Under the pieces are notes generated by a model, which was not told the origin of the DNA, made no database searches, and was given only the letters and a program-made list of their open reading frames with translations. A program made the translations under genes and the position numbers. A stretch of DNA of 64,000 bases from an uncultured Ruminococcus sp. (GTDB taxonomy: Bacteria; Bacillota; Clostridia; Oscillospirales; CAG-272), in NCBI GenBank assembly GCA_964579135.1, contig CAZOFD010000005.1:1858-65857 (forward strand), in the 5' to 3' direction. Numbering within the stretch: position 1 is the first letter of the stretch; every line of letters starts with the position of its first letter. Shown piece after piece: positions 11,856 to 20,463 of this stretch.

Positions 11856-12746
11856 TCAACCGAAGATCTCGTTGCCGCATATTTTTACGAGTATCTCTTC
11901 GAGGTCTTCGTTTTCTCCGTAATAGATCTCTATTCGGCGTTTTCCTTTTGCGTCGTCACGTATTTTAATTCTGTGACCCGACAGACGCATCGACCGTTCC
12001 TCGAGATCGGATATATACGATACTTTTTGCAGATCCTTTTCTGCGACGTTTTTTTCACTTGCGGGAGTATTCAGCTTTTTTACCAATTTTTCGGTTTCGC
12101 GAACGGATATTCCGTTTTCGACGATGAAACGTGCCGTTTCGGTGATTTTTTCGCTGTTTTTGATCCCCAAAAGCGTTCGCGCATGTCCCGCGGAGAGTTT
12201 TCCGGCGTCGACAAGCTCTAAAACGTCTCTCGGTAACTCGAGTAATCTCAGTGCATTAGTTATTGCCGAGCGGCTTTTGCCGACGTTTACCGAGACTTGT
12301 TCTTGCGTAAGACCGAATCTTTCTATAAGATCTCTGTATCCGAGAGCCTCTTCGATTGCCGTCAGGTCTTGCCTTTGCACGTTTTCTATCAGTGCGATTT
12401 GGGATTGTGCGAGTTCGTCGCCGGAAAACACAACCGCCGGTATTTCCGTAAGCCCCGCCATATTACTTGCTCGCCATCTGCGTTCGCCGGCGATTATTTT
12501 GTAAGTTCCGGGGTAATCTACGTTTTCGGTAACGACTATCGGTTGTAAAAGCCCGAACTGAGAGATCGAGGCGGCAAGAGTCGCAAGTTCTTCCTCGTTA
12601 AATAATTTTCTGGGTTGTGCGCGATTGGGCTCTATGTCGCAAAGCCTTATCATTTCCGCCGGACCGTGCGATTTTTCGACGTAATTATCCTCAAAAAGGG
12701 AATTAAAGTCACGTCCGAGTCCGCTTTTTCTTATTTTTGCTGCCAT
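11856..12746 (-). CDS. parB: chromosome partitioning protein ParB/Spo0J
   Basis: LLQPIVV, YKIIAGERRWRAS and HTH LTQEQVSVNVGKSRSAITNALRLLELP. Downstream of parA. Confidence 0.93.
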   Translation of the reverse strand: MAAKIRKSGLGRDFNSLFEDNYVEKSHGPAEMIRLCDIEPNRAQPRKLFNEEELATLAASISQFGLLQPIVVTENVDYPGTYKIIAGERRWRASNMAGLTEIPAVVFSGDELAQSQIALIENVQRQDLTAIEEALGYRDLIERFGLTQEQVSVNVGKSRSAITNALRLLELPRDVLELVDAGKLSAGHARTLLGIKNSEKITETARFIVENGISVRETEKLVKKLNTPASEKNVAEKDLQKVSYISDLEERSMRLSGHRIKIRDDAKGKRRIEIYYGENEDLEEILVKICGNEIFG

Positions 12747-12777
12747 TTATAGTAAGCTCCGTTGTTTTATTTCGTTT

Positions 12778-13560
12778 TTATATTCTTTCTATTATCTCTC
12801 GCGCGACTTCAAGATATTCGGACGCGCCTTTTGAGTGTTTATCGTGATAATAAACCGGCATTCCGAAAGACGGTGCTTCCGAAAGACGAACGCCTCTTGA
12901 GATAGCCGTTGCGAAAAGTTTGTCGTAATAGTGTTTTTTCAGTTCGGAAAGCACCTGAGACGTTAAAACGAGTCTGCCGTTAAACATTGTGATGAGTATT
13001 CCCGTAATGCCGAGATCGGGATTGTATCTTTGTTTTATCCTCGATATCGTCAGCATAAGCTGAGAAAAGCCCTCGAGGGCGTAAAATTCGCATTGCATAG
13101 GAATAATTACTCCGTCACTTGCGGAAAGAGCGTTTATAGTGAGCATTCCGAGGGATGGGGGACAGTCTATTATGATGTAATCGTAGTCGTTTTTTACACT
13201 TTCGAGTGCGTTTTTGAGGCAATATTCGCTTTCTCCGTCGGAAAACAAATCGAATTCGGCTCCTGCGAGCGAAATAGTGGAGGGAATAAGCGAAAGCCCT
13301 TTAAATCGTGTCTTTTTTATCGTGTTTTTTACAAGAGAGGCAAGTTCTTCGCCTTCGAGTTCGGGATCGAGAAGATCCTTTACAGTGGTTTTTAAACCTT
13401 TTTTTGCGATTCCCACGCCGCTTGTGCTGTTGCCTTGCGGGTCGAGGTCGACAAGGAGCACGTTCATATCGAGCAGACCGAGCGAAGCGGCTGCATTTAC
13501 CGCAGACGTTGTTTTTCCGACACCGCCTTTTTGATTTGCAAACGAAATTATCTTACCCAT
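12778..13560 (-). CDS. parA: chromosome partitioning ATPase ParA/Soj
   Basis: Deviant Walker A ANQKGGVGKTTSAVN. 260 aa. Confidence 0.95.
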   Translation of the reverse strand: MGKIISFANQKGGVGKTTSAVNAAASLGLLDMNVLLVDLDPQGNSTSGVGIAKKGLKTTVKDLLDPELEGEELASLVKNTIKKTRFKGLSLIPSTISLAGAEFDLFSDGESEYCLKNALESVKNDYDYIIIDCPPSLGMLTINALSASDGVIIPMQCEFYALEGFSQLMLTISRIKQRYNPDLGITGILITMFNGRLVLTSQVLSELKKHYYDKLFATAISRGVRLSEAPSFGMPVYYHDKHSKGASEYLEVAREIIERI

Positions 13561-13626
13561 ACGAACTCCTATATCGAGCGTTTATTTTGCTATTGTCAAA
13601 CTAAGTCTAAAACCGTTGTTGAATAA

Positions 13627-13655
13627 ATTATATCACGAGCGGTAAAGTAATTCAA
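13627..13655 (-). promoter_or_regulatory. candidate sigma-A promoter of parAB
   Basis: Minus strand TTGAAT (13655-13650), 17-nt spacer, TATAAT (13632-13627). About 60-nt leader to the parA ATG. Confidence 0.5.
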
Positions 13656-13758
13656 TAGTTAAATCAAATTATATTTTCAAAACCGATTTGTAATTTATAG
13701 GGACGTATATTTGATATTTCGAGAGCTTAAGACAAAATATAGTCTCATAAATTCAAGC

Positions 13759-13772
13759 GTTTCACGTGAAAC
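13759..13772. promoter_or_regulatory. parS site
   Basis: GTTTCACGTGAAAC inside the 24-bp palindrome caagcGTTTCACGTGAAACgcttg. Confidence 0.85.
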
Positions 13773-13865
13773 GCTTGTAAAGATCATTATTAATTAATAA
13801 TAATCGTATGGTAAGGCGATTTCGATTAGCGCCGATTGCCGCGCGGACAGGTAATAATTTTCTAC

Positions 13866-13879
13866 GTTTCACGTGAAAC
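13866..13879. promoter_or_regulatory. parS site
   Basis: GTTTCACGTGAAAC, flanked by acg/cgt. Confidence 0.85.
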
Positions 13880-14082
13880 GTTTGAAACGTAGGGGCACAA
13901 AGCTATTGAGATTTATTTGACGTTGCCGTGTCGGAGTGTTTCGCTTGCGTTACGTACAACGATAGGTCATCAAAACGAATATTCACATTTATTTTATCTG
14001 CGATAAAAGACAAAAAGCAAAATATACGTATGATGCTGCGGTAAAATGAGCAAGAAACGACCCTTAGCGGTATTCGCATTGG

Positions 14083-14119
14083 AAAACGAAAAAACAAACC
14101 GTTAAAATAACGGCTTGTT
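14083..14119 (-). terminator. rho-independent terminator overlapping the rsmG stop codon
   Basis: Minus strand aacaagccgtt-atttt-aacggtttgtt followed by ttttcgtttt. Confidence 0.6.
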
Positions 14120-14848
14120 TTTGATTGCTGCATATTGGCGCGGATATTTTTTTCCGCAAGCGGTTGTTTTGTCGAATATTACCACTGATCTCGAGTTAAC
14201 GTTTTCGCCGTGTGAAATCGTAAGGTCGTGTTTTGAACGAAATCTTATCCCGAGAGATTTTTGCGCATATATATGACCTTTGAGTTCGTCGCCGACGTCT
14301 GCGCTTTTAAGCATAACGAGTTTTCCGCCGATGCGGACGAAAGGCGCGCATAATTCCGCCAATATCGGCAGCGAGGCGACCGCGCGGGCGGTTACGGTAT
14401 CGAAATTTTCGCGATATTCGTACGTTTGTGCCGCCAACTCTTCGGCTCTGCCGTTAATTGCTTTGAAATTGTAAAGCCCGAGCACTTTTGCGGCAAGATT
14501 CGAGAAGTTTGTCTTTTTGGCGGTGGCGTCGAGGGCAAAAACTTTGATATCGGGGCGCACTATCGCTATCGGTAACGACGGAAATCCCGCTCCGGAGCCG
14601 ATATCCAAAAGGGAAGAGCCGCCAAGGTACTTTACGGCAGTGAGTGAATCGACAAAATGCAGAAGAATTATCTGTTCGTCTTCGGTTATGGCTGTAAGAT
14701 TGTACTTTTTATTTTCGGATTTCAAAAGCTCTGCGAGTGCGGCGAATTTTTCAGCCGTTTCCACAGTGCAGTATTCGTTCATACCGTTTTCGCCGAGTAT
14801 TTGCAAAAACAGGTCAAAAAAATTATTATTCATCGGCTCTCGATTCAT
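14102..14848 (-). CDS. rsmG: 16S rRNA (guanine527-N7)-methyltransferase
   Basis: SAM motif LLDIGSGAGFPSLPIAI. Adjacent to parAB. Confidence 0.92.
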   Translation of the reverse strand: MNREPMNNNFFDLFLQILGENGMNEYCTVETAEKFAALAELLKSENKKYNLTAITEDEQIILLHFVDSLTAVKYLGGSSLLDIGSGAGFPSLPIAIVRPDIKVFALDATAKKTNFSNLAAKVLGLYNFKAINGRAEELAAQTYEYRENFDTVTARAVASLPILAELCAPFVRIGGKLVMLKSADVGDELKGHIYAQKSLGIRFRSKHDLTISHGENVNSRSVVIFDKTTACGKKYPRQYAAIKNKPLF

Positions 14849-14866
14849 AAATGGTAATAAATGGAA

Positions 14867-15646
14867 TTAACGATCTTTAATTGCTCTTGCAACGAAATAA
14901 AGTTTGATATCGTCCTCGCGAGGCAACGTTTTTTCCGGCGAGCCGTAAACGGCGCAGATCTCAAATCCGCTTTTTTCGAGTTCGGATTCGATCGTCTCGC
15001 GGGTAAAACAGGTCTCGAACCACTCGCTGTTGCGTCGCGAATATATACCGCTGCCTGCTTTGCGCTCGGTAAACACCGTAAGCGAGAAACGGCAGACTCC
15101 GCTCTCTTCGTCAAAGCAGTTTTGCCACGAACAAAAAGCCGCGGTACCGTCCGGAGTTTTTTCGTCAAAGGAATACGTGTTTTGCGCGTATTCGTGTTTG
15201 AAACGGAACGGGGAATTAACGTCGAAAACGAATATTCCGCTCGGATCGAGGTAATTGTGAACGGTCTTAAAGCAATTTGCCATATCGTCGCGCGTTTCGA
15301 GGTGATTTATAACGTCGTAGGAACAGACGGTCGCTCCCACGGTGCCGTAAAGTTCGAACGAACGAACGTCCTGACAGAGCAAAAGCACCGACGGCGGGCA
15401 TTTGCACCTTGCTTCCGAAAGCATATCGGGAGATATGTCCACCCCGATCATATCGTGACCGTAATCGGCAAGGGTTTTCGTAAGCATACCCGTACCGCAA
15501 CCGAGGTCCAAAACGATTTCGGGTCGCGACGGGAGAAACTCGGCGAAAACGCTTTCGGCAAAATTCGCCCATTTTTCGTAGTCTGCCTCGGTATTAAATG
15601 CGTCGTACGCCGCGCTTACGGCTCCGTATCCGTCCTTTACGCTCAT
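14867..15646 (-). CDS. class I SAM-dependent methyltransferase, substrate unknown
   Basis: Motif I VLDLGCGTGMLT. Its ATG overlaps the murC stop as ATGA (15643-15646). Confidence 0.85.
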   Translation of the reverse strand: MSVKDGYGAVSAAYDAFNTEADYEKWANFAESVFAEFLPSRPEIVLDLGCGTGMLTKTLADYGHDMIGVDISPDMLSEARCKCPPSVLLLCQDVRSFELYGTVGATVCSYDVINHLETRDDMANCFKTVHNYLDPSGIFVFDVNSPFRFKHEYAQNTYSFDEKTPDGTAAFCSWQNCFDEESGVCRFSLTVFTERKAGSGIYSRRNSEWFETCFTRETIESELEKSGFEICAVYGSPEKTLPREDDIKLYFVARAIKDR

Positions 15647-17046
15647 TTGATATCCAAGATCCCGAAGATGTTTTCGATATCTCCGGCGCCCATAATTATC
15701 AATGCGTCGCCGCTTCGCACCTCGCGCGGCAAATTTGCGGCAATATTGCCGATATTACCGCCGTAAACGGCTTTTTCGCCTATCGCGGCGGCAAGTTTTT
15801 CGGAACTGACGCCGAGATTATCCGTCTCTCTCGCGGCGTATATATCCGCAACGATCACGCGGTCCGCAAGCGACAGCGCGTGAGCGAATCCGTCGAAAAA
15901 TTCTGCGGTTCTCGTATACGTATGCGGTTGAAAAACGCAAACTATGCGCTTGTATCCGAGGTCGCGCAGCCCACGCAGCGTTGCCGCTACTTCGGTCGGG
16001 TGGTGCGCGTAGTCGTCGAAAACGTCGGCTGCGGCGAATTTGCCCTTATATTCGCTTCTTCGGCTCGCGCCGGTAAACGCCGACAGTCCTCTTGCGACAA
16101 GCGTCGGGTCGCAAGCACATTCGACGGATGCGGCAAACGCCGCGAGCGCGTTGGAAATATTATACGCTCCCGGCACGGACAGGTCCACGTGCGCGACAAA
16201 AGATCCGCGGGAGAATATATCGAAAGAGGGTCTGCCGCGACTCATATCCGTGTTTACGGCATAATAAGAGGCTTTTTCGTTACCGCCGGCACTGAAAGTT
16301 ACGATGCGACCGCGGTAGCCTTGCGCGGCAAGCAGCACGTTGTCGTCGTCCGCATTGATGACCGCCGTGCCGGCGTTACCTGTGAGCGATATAAAGTTCG
16401 AATAAGACCGCCTGACCTGAGCTATGCTCTTAAAATAGTCGACGTGATCCATTTCCACGTTCAGTACGACGGCAACAGTCGGGTTGAAGTCGAGAAAAGA
16501 ATCCATATATTCGCAGGCTTCGAATATGAAAAAATCTTCTTTTCCTATTCTGTACGAGCCGTTTATGGCGGGGAGGGCGGCTCCGGACAAAATTGTCGGG
16601 TCGGCGCCGCTTTCCATAAAAGACAGTGCGCACATCGACGTACAAGTCGATTTTCCGTGCATTCCCGATATGCCTATGCGGCAACGGTAGCCCGTCATTA
16701 CGTAACCGAGGTAATCCGCACGAGAGATGCAGGGGATACCGAGCGACAATGCGGCGCGATACTCCGGGTTGTCTTGCGATATGGCAACGGTGTATACGAC
16801 GGCGTCGTAGCCCTCGATATTGGCGGCGTTGTGCGAATAAAATACGGTTATATCGGATTCCGAGAGTCTTTTTGTGGTTTCAGTTTCGGTGCGGTCTGAG
16901 CCGCCGACGCGAAATCCGCGCAAACGCGATATTTCGGCAAGAGACGACATATTTACGCCGCCTATGCCGATAAAGAATATACTCTCGGCGCCGCGGAGCA
17001 TATTCGCTATCGCCGCCGCTCCGAAATGTGTGTTAGGTGTTGACAC
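15643..17046 (-). CDS. murC: UDP-N-acetylmuramate--L-alanine ligase
   Basis: FIGIGGVNMSSLAE, P-loop GISGMHGKSTCTSM and Mur ligase middle and C-terminal domains. Confidence 0.95.
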   Translation of the reverse strand: MSTPNTHFGAAAIANMLRGAESIFFIGIGGVNMSSLAEISRLRGFRVGGSDRTETETTKRLSESDITVFYSHNAANIEGYDAVVYTVAISQDNPEYRAALSLGIPCISRADYLGYVMTGYRCRIGISGMHGKSTCTSMCALSFMESGADPTILSGAALPAINGSYRIGKEDFFIFEACEYMDSFLDFNPTVAVVLNVEMDHVDYFKSIAQVRRSYSNFISLTGNAGTAVINADDDNVLLAAQGYRGRIVTFSAGGNEKASYYAVNTDMSRGRPSFDIFSRGSFVAHVDLSVPGAYNISNALAAFAASVECACDPTLVARGLSAFTGASRRSEYKGKFAAADVFDDYAHHPTEVAATLRGLRDLGYKRIVCVFQPHTYTRTAEFFDGFAHALSLADRVIVADIYAARETDNLGVSSEKLAAAIGEKAVYGGNIGNIAANLPREVRSGDALIIMGAGDIENIFGILDIK

Positions 17047-17185
17047 AGTGTCTTACCTTCCTTAGCAAAAATTTGAAATATTTCACAAAAAATCCCGTAA
17101 CCCGTTGAATATTCTTCACATTGAAGAAGTATACTGAGACCAACGGAAAAAGGAAGTTGCGTATCTTTTCAAGGAGGAAATCAAA

Positions 17186-17470
17186 ATGGTTATAACCGAT
17201 ATCAAAGTCAGAAAGTTGTTCGACGAAGGTCCTATGAAAGCCATCGTTTCCGTAACTTTCGACGATCAACTTGCGGTACACGATATAAAAGTTATAAATG
17301 CGCGCGAAAGACTCTTCATCGTTATGCCGAGCAGAAAAAATCCCGACGAAACCTACAGGGATATCGTTCACCCCATAAACGCATCGTTCAGAGGCGAACT
17401 TGAAAAGGCGGTCATAAACGCTTACGAAGAGGCGTTGAGTCGCGCAGAGGAGATACCCGCAGAGGTTTGA
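17186..17470 (+). CDS. spoVG: septation protein SpoVG
   Basis: MVITDIKVRKLFDEGPMKAIVSVTFDDQLAVHDIKVI... RBS AAGGAGG upstream. Confidence 0.95.
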   Translation: MVITDIKVRKLFDEGPMKAIVSVTFDDQLAVHDIKVINARERLFIVMPSRKNPDETYRDIVHPINASFRGELEKAVINAYEEALSRAEEIPAEV

Positions 17471-17508
17471 CTTGCGCTCAAGTCGAGGTCGGAGCGCTTG
17501 GATATCGT

Positions 17509-17539
17509 ATCGACGGCATTTGTTGCCGTCGATATTTTT
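17509..17539 (+). terminator. spoVG terminator
   Basis: atcgacggca-tttgt-tgccgtcgat followed by attttt. Confidence 0.7.
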
Positions 17540-17590
17540 CGTTGCGGCAAATACGAGTATTGCCGCGGTCGGTTATCCGCGGTTTTTACG

Positions 17591-18133
17591 TTATTTGACC
17601 TGTCCGTGCGATAATATCACGTTTTTTCCGCAGATAGTTATGAGACCGTACGACGGATAAGGATGCCCTTTTCCTATGGAGCCGGGGTTTAAAATGCGCA
17701 AAGGTTTCGACAGTACCGCTCCGAGCTCGTATTCCGTACCCGAGGGGATATAGTCCTCGTAAGGAACGTGTGTGTGCCCGAAAAGCAGAATGTCCGCGCC
17801 GTGCGAGGCGGCTGAGCAAACGGCTTTTTCGATCCCGTATTTTACGTTTTCGCGGTTACCGTGTATCGCGAATATTTTAAGACCGCAAGTTTCTATCAAA
17901 AGCTCGCGCGGGGAGGCGCCGTAGATCGAACACGAAAAAGAAAACTCCTCGCAATTTCCGCGAACGCACCAAATGCGCCGCCCCGTAAGGTGCGCCTGCG
18001 CAACGTCGTCGACGCCGTCGCCCAAGTGGATAACGTCCGCCGTGGGGTGCATAGCGGCTGCTGCGACGATGCCGTCGGATCTGCCGTGAGAGTCGGAAAA
18101 AACGATTATCTCGCGTTTTTGTGAGCCGTACAT
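17591..18133 (-). CDS. YfcE/MJ0936-family metallophosphoesterase
   Basis: Motifs IVFSDSHG, IHLGDG, GNCE and GHTH. Confidence 0.85.
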   Translation of the reverse strand: MYGSQKREIIVFSDSHGRSDGIVAAAAMHPTADVIHLGDGVDDVAQAHLTGRRIWCVRGNCEEFSFSCSIYGASPRELLIETCGLKIFAIHGNRENVKYGIEKAVCSAASHGADILLFGHTHVPYEDYIPSGTEYELGAVLSKPLRILNPGSIGKGHPYPSYGLITICGKNVILSHGQVK

Positions 18134-18325
18134 CGCAGAGTCCCCCGTTTATTATTTCGTATGATATTGCGCTTGCGGTATCTGCATTATGCTTTGATAC
18201 GGCAACCCGAGCTACCTTTGCTACGTAAACGCGGCAAAGAGATACGGATATATTATATCATAATATGAAAAATTTTCAATAGAAAATTATTATCCGCTTT
18301 TCGGTTACAAAAACGCTTATCTGTG

Positions 18326-18354
18326 TTGCAAATTACGGCAAAAAATTGTATAAT
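18326..18354 (+). promoter_or_regulatory. candidate sigma-A promoter of deoD
   Basis: TTGCAA (18326-18331), 17-nt spacer, TATAAT (18349-18354). Confidence 0.6.
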
Positions 18355-18460
18355 ATGATAACGGAACGACAGTAATGCGGCTTGCCGTATAAGATCGATA
18401 TCGAAAACGCGCGTGCTCGAGATTTTTTCGTCGGTGCGTGCGAATGAAAGGAAAAGAACA

Positions 18461-19162
18461 ATGGCAACTCCTCATATTAGCGCGGAGCGCGGAGATTTCG
18501 CTTCGACGGTGCTTATGCCCGGAGATCCGTTGCGTTCGCAATTTATAGCTGAAAAATATCTCGACGGCGCGGTGCTCGTAAACGACGTGCGCGGCGTTCG
18601 CGGTTATACGGGATATTATAAGGGCAAGCGAGTTTCCGTTATGGCGTCGGGGATGGGGCAGCCATCGATCGGGATATATTCGTACGAGCTTTATAATTTT
18701 TTCGGGGTCGAGGCGATAATTCGCGTCGGTACTTGCGGCGCGTTTTCACCCGATTTGCATTTGCGCGACGTAGTTCTTGCCGAGGGCGCTTGCACGAACG
18801 GCAACTACGCCTCGCAATACGGCTTGCCCGGGACTTTTTGTCCGATCGCGGATTTCGATCTTTTGCGTGCGGCTGCCGAGGAGTGTGCGCGCAGTGGCGT
18901 AAACTATCGCGTCGGCAACGTTCTCTCGTCTGACGTCTTTTATAATGAAGAAAAGACAGACGATCTTTGGAGAAAGATGGGAGTTTTGGCGGTGGAGATG
19001 GAGTCTGCGGCGCTGTATTGCAACGCGGCGCGCGCGGGCAAAAAAGCACTTTGCATATGTACCGTAAGCGATTCTTTCGTTTACGAAAACGAGGTGTCGT
19101 CTCCGGTCGAGCGGCAAACTTCGTTTACTCAGATGGCGGAGATAGCGCTGGGACTTGCTTAA
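18461..19162 (+). CDS. deoD: purine nucleoside phosphorylase, DeoD type
   Basis: MATPHISAERGDFASTVLMPGDPLRSQFIAEKYL... Start chosen at ATG 18461 behind AAAGGAAAAG. The longer track ORF (18413) has no RBS. Confidence 0.92.
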   Translation: MATPHISAERGDFASTVLMPGDPLRSQFIAEKYLDGAVLVNDVRGVRGYTGYYKGKRVSVMASGMGQPSIGIYSYELYNFFGVEAIIRVGTCGAFSPDLHLRDVVLAEGACTNGNYASQYGLPGTFCPIADFDLLRAAAEECARSGVNYRVGNVLSSDVFYNEEKTDDLWRKMGVLAVEMESAALYCNAARAGKKALCICTVSDSFVYENEVSSPVERQTSFTQMAEIALGLA

Positions 19163-19222
19163 GCGCTCACTGCGGACGCAGAACGGAATGCGGATTTTGT
19201 CGCGCTCGATCCTTAAAATGTG

Positions 19223-19251
19223 TTGACTTTTGTCGTATGCGGCATTATAAT
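19223..19251 (+). promoter_or_regulatory. candidate sigma-A promoter of the TetR gene
   Basis: TTGACT (19223-19228), 17-nt spacer, TATAAT (19246-19251). It lies inside the 5' end of the track ORF, so the real start is ATG 19280. Confidence 0.6.
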
Positions 19252-19279
19252 ACTTAAGATTGTCAATGAAAGGTTAGAT

Positions 19280-19858
19280 ATGAGGGTTTACAACGAAGAA
19301 CGGTTTTTGACCAAAAAAACCGAACTTATGGAAAAAAGTTACGAGTGTTTTGCGGAGAACGGTCTCAGCGGAACGGGTATTCGTGCACTCGGCAAAGCCT
19401 GCGGGTGTAACACGGCGGTACTGTATACGTATTTTAATGATCTTGACGATCTTATAGTTCAGTCAACGGCGCACTGTATGAGCAAGGTCGAGGACGATTT
19501 TATGGCAAAAGCGCCGAACAGTGCGGAGGAGCTTGAAAAGTTTATTTGCGAGATACCGTATTGGACGGCGGAAAAGCACGGCAAAAAATACCGATTGATG
19601 TATCAGGTATATACTCACCCAAAGTACATAGAGCACGGTAAAAAGTTTTTCGAGGGAGTTAACCGTCGTTATACGGAATATGCGAAGTCTCTCGAGGACA
19701 AGATAGGCATCCCGTACGAGGTAACTACGTCGCTTATCTTTATCCTTATTCGCGCTTGCGTGCACTATGCTTTGTTTGAGGATGAATTTTACCTGCAGAC
19801 CCAACTCAAAGTCCTCAAAGAGGGGATAAAGATGTTTTGGAACAAATATAATGCGTAA
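19280..19858 (+). CDS. TetR/AcrR-family transcriptional regulator
   Basis: N-terminal HTH GLSGTGIRALGKACGCNTAVLYTYFNDLDDL. About 190 aa. Confidence 0.85.
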   Translation: MRVYNEERFLTKKTELMEKSYECFAENGLSGTGIRALGKACGCNTAVLYTYFNDLDDLIVQSTAHCMSKVEDDFMAKAPNSAEELEKFICEIPYWTAEKHGKKYRLMYQVYTHPKYIEHGKKFFEGVNRRYTEYAKSLEDKIGIPYEVTTSLIFILIRACVHYALFEDEFYLQTQLKVLKEGIKMFWNKYNA

Positions 19859-19866
19859 CTTTGCAA

Positions 19867-19914
19867 AATACACCGCCGTCGGCAATTGCCGGCGGCGGTG
19901 TATTTTATTATTTT
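19867..19914. terminator. bidirectional terminator hairpin
   Basis: 17-bp stem aatacaccgccgtcggc-aatt-gccggcggcggtgtatt with T-runs on both strands. Confidence 0.75.
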
Positions 19915-19991
19915 GCTTTTAAACGCCGCGAGGCGACGCCTTGGCAATGGGACGGATTGCGCACGCTGCTCCGACCGCACGGAAAAAACGA

Positions 19992-20023
19992 AATAAAAAA
20001 AGCACTTGCCGAACAAGTGCTTT
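19992..20023 (-). terminator. tRNA-Gln terminator
   Basis: Minus strand agcacttg-ttcgg-caagtgct followed by ttttttt. Confidence 0.7.
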
Positions 20024-20099
20024 TGGCAGCGGCACTAGGATTCGAACCTAGGTAATGACGGAGTCAGAGTCCGTTGCCTTACCGCTTGGCGATGCCGCT
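20024..20099 (-). tRNA. tRNA-Gln (anticodon CUG)
   Basis: 76 nt folded by hand. Acceptor AGCGGCA/TGCCGCT, D-arm GCCAAGCGGTAAGGC, anticodon arm ACGGA-CTCTGAC-TCCGT, T-arm CTAGG-TTCGAAT-CCTAG, discriminator G, encoded CCA. Confidence 0.9.
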
Positions 20100-20126
20100 A
20101 TACTGCCTTTATAGGTTGCGGAAAAT

Positions 20127-20155
20127 ATTATATCAAATATTGTTGCGATTGTCAA
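20127..20155 (-). promoter_or_regulatory. candidate sigma-A promoter of tRNA-Gln
   Basis: Minus strand TTGACA (20155-20150), 17-nt spacer, TATAAT (20132-20127). Confidence 0.65.
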
Positions 20156-20370
20156 TAGCAAAAACGAATTTTTTTATTTTTCGTTGCCGAGCGAAAGAAA
20201 CGCGCCTTTTAATCCGAAATATAAGCCGTTATGCTTGTTTTTTGTCTAATATCGTTTGTCCGCACGCGTTGCCGTGGTATTCGCGATATGCGAGAAAGAC
20301 GGGCGAGCCGCGCGCTTGCCGTATAAACGCAAGTCTTTAACGTCAAAGCGTCGTTTTTTGAGTAATTCGG

Positions 20371-20399
20371 TTGCAATCAATAAAAAAGTATGTTATAAT
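20371..20399 (+). promoter_or_regulatory. candidate extended -10 promoter of the exonuclease gene
   Basis: TTGCAA (20371-20376), 17-nt spacer, TGtTATAAT (20391-20399). Confidence 0.6.
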
Positions 20400-20463
20400 A
20401 AAACGATATTTTTAAATTCGACGGATTGTCGAAAACTGCTATGAAAAAGTCGGAGGTTCCGCT

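Noticed and set aside
13903-14133. 76-aa ORF in the rsmG-parA spacer.
   Set aside because: It has low-complexity composition and no RBS, and it overlaps the rsmG stop and terminator. The spacer is better explained by parS sites and the parAB promoter.
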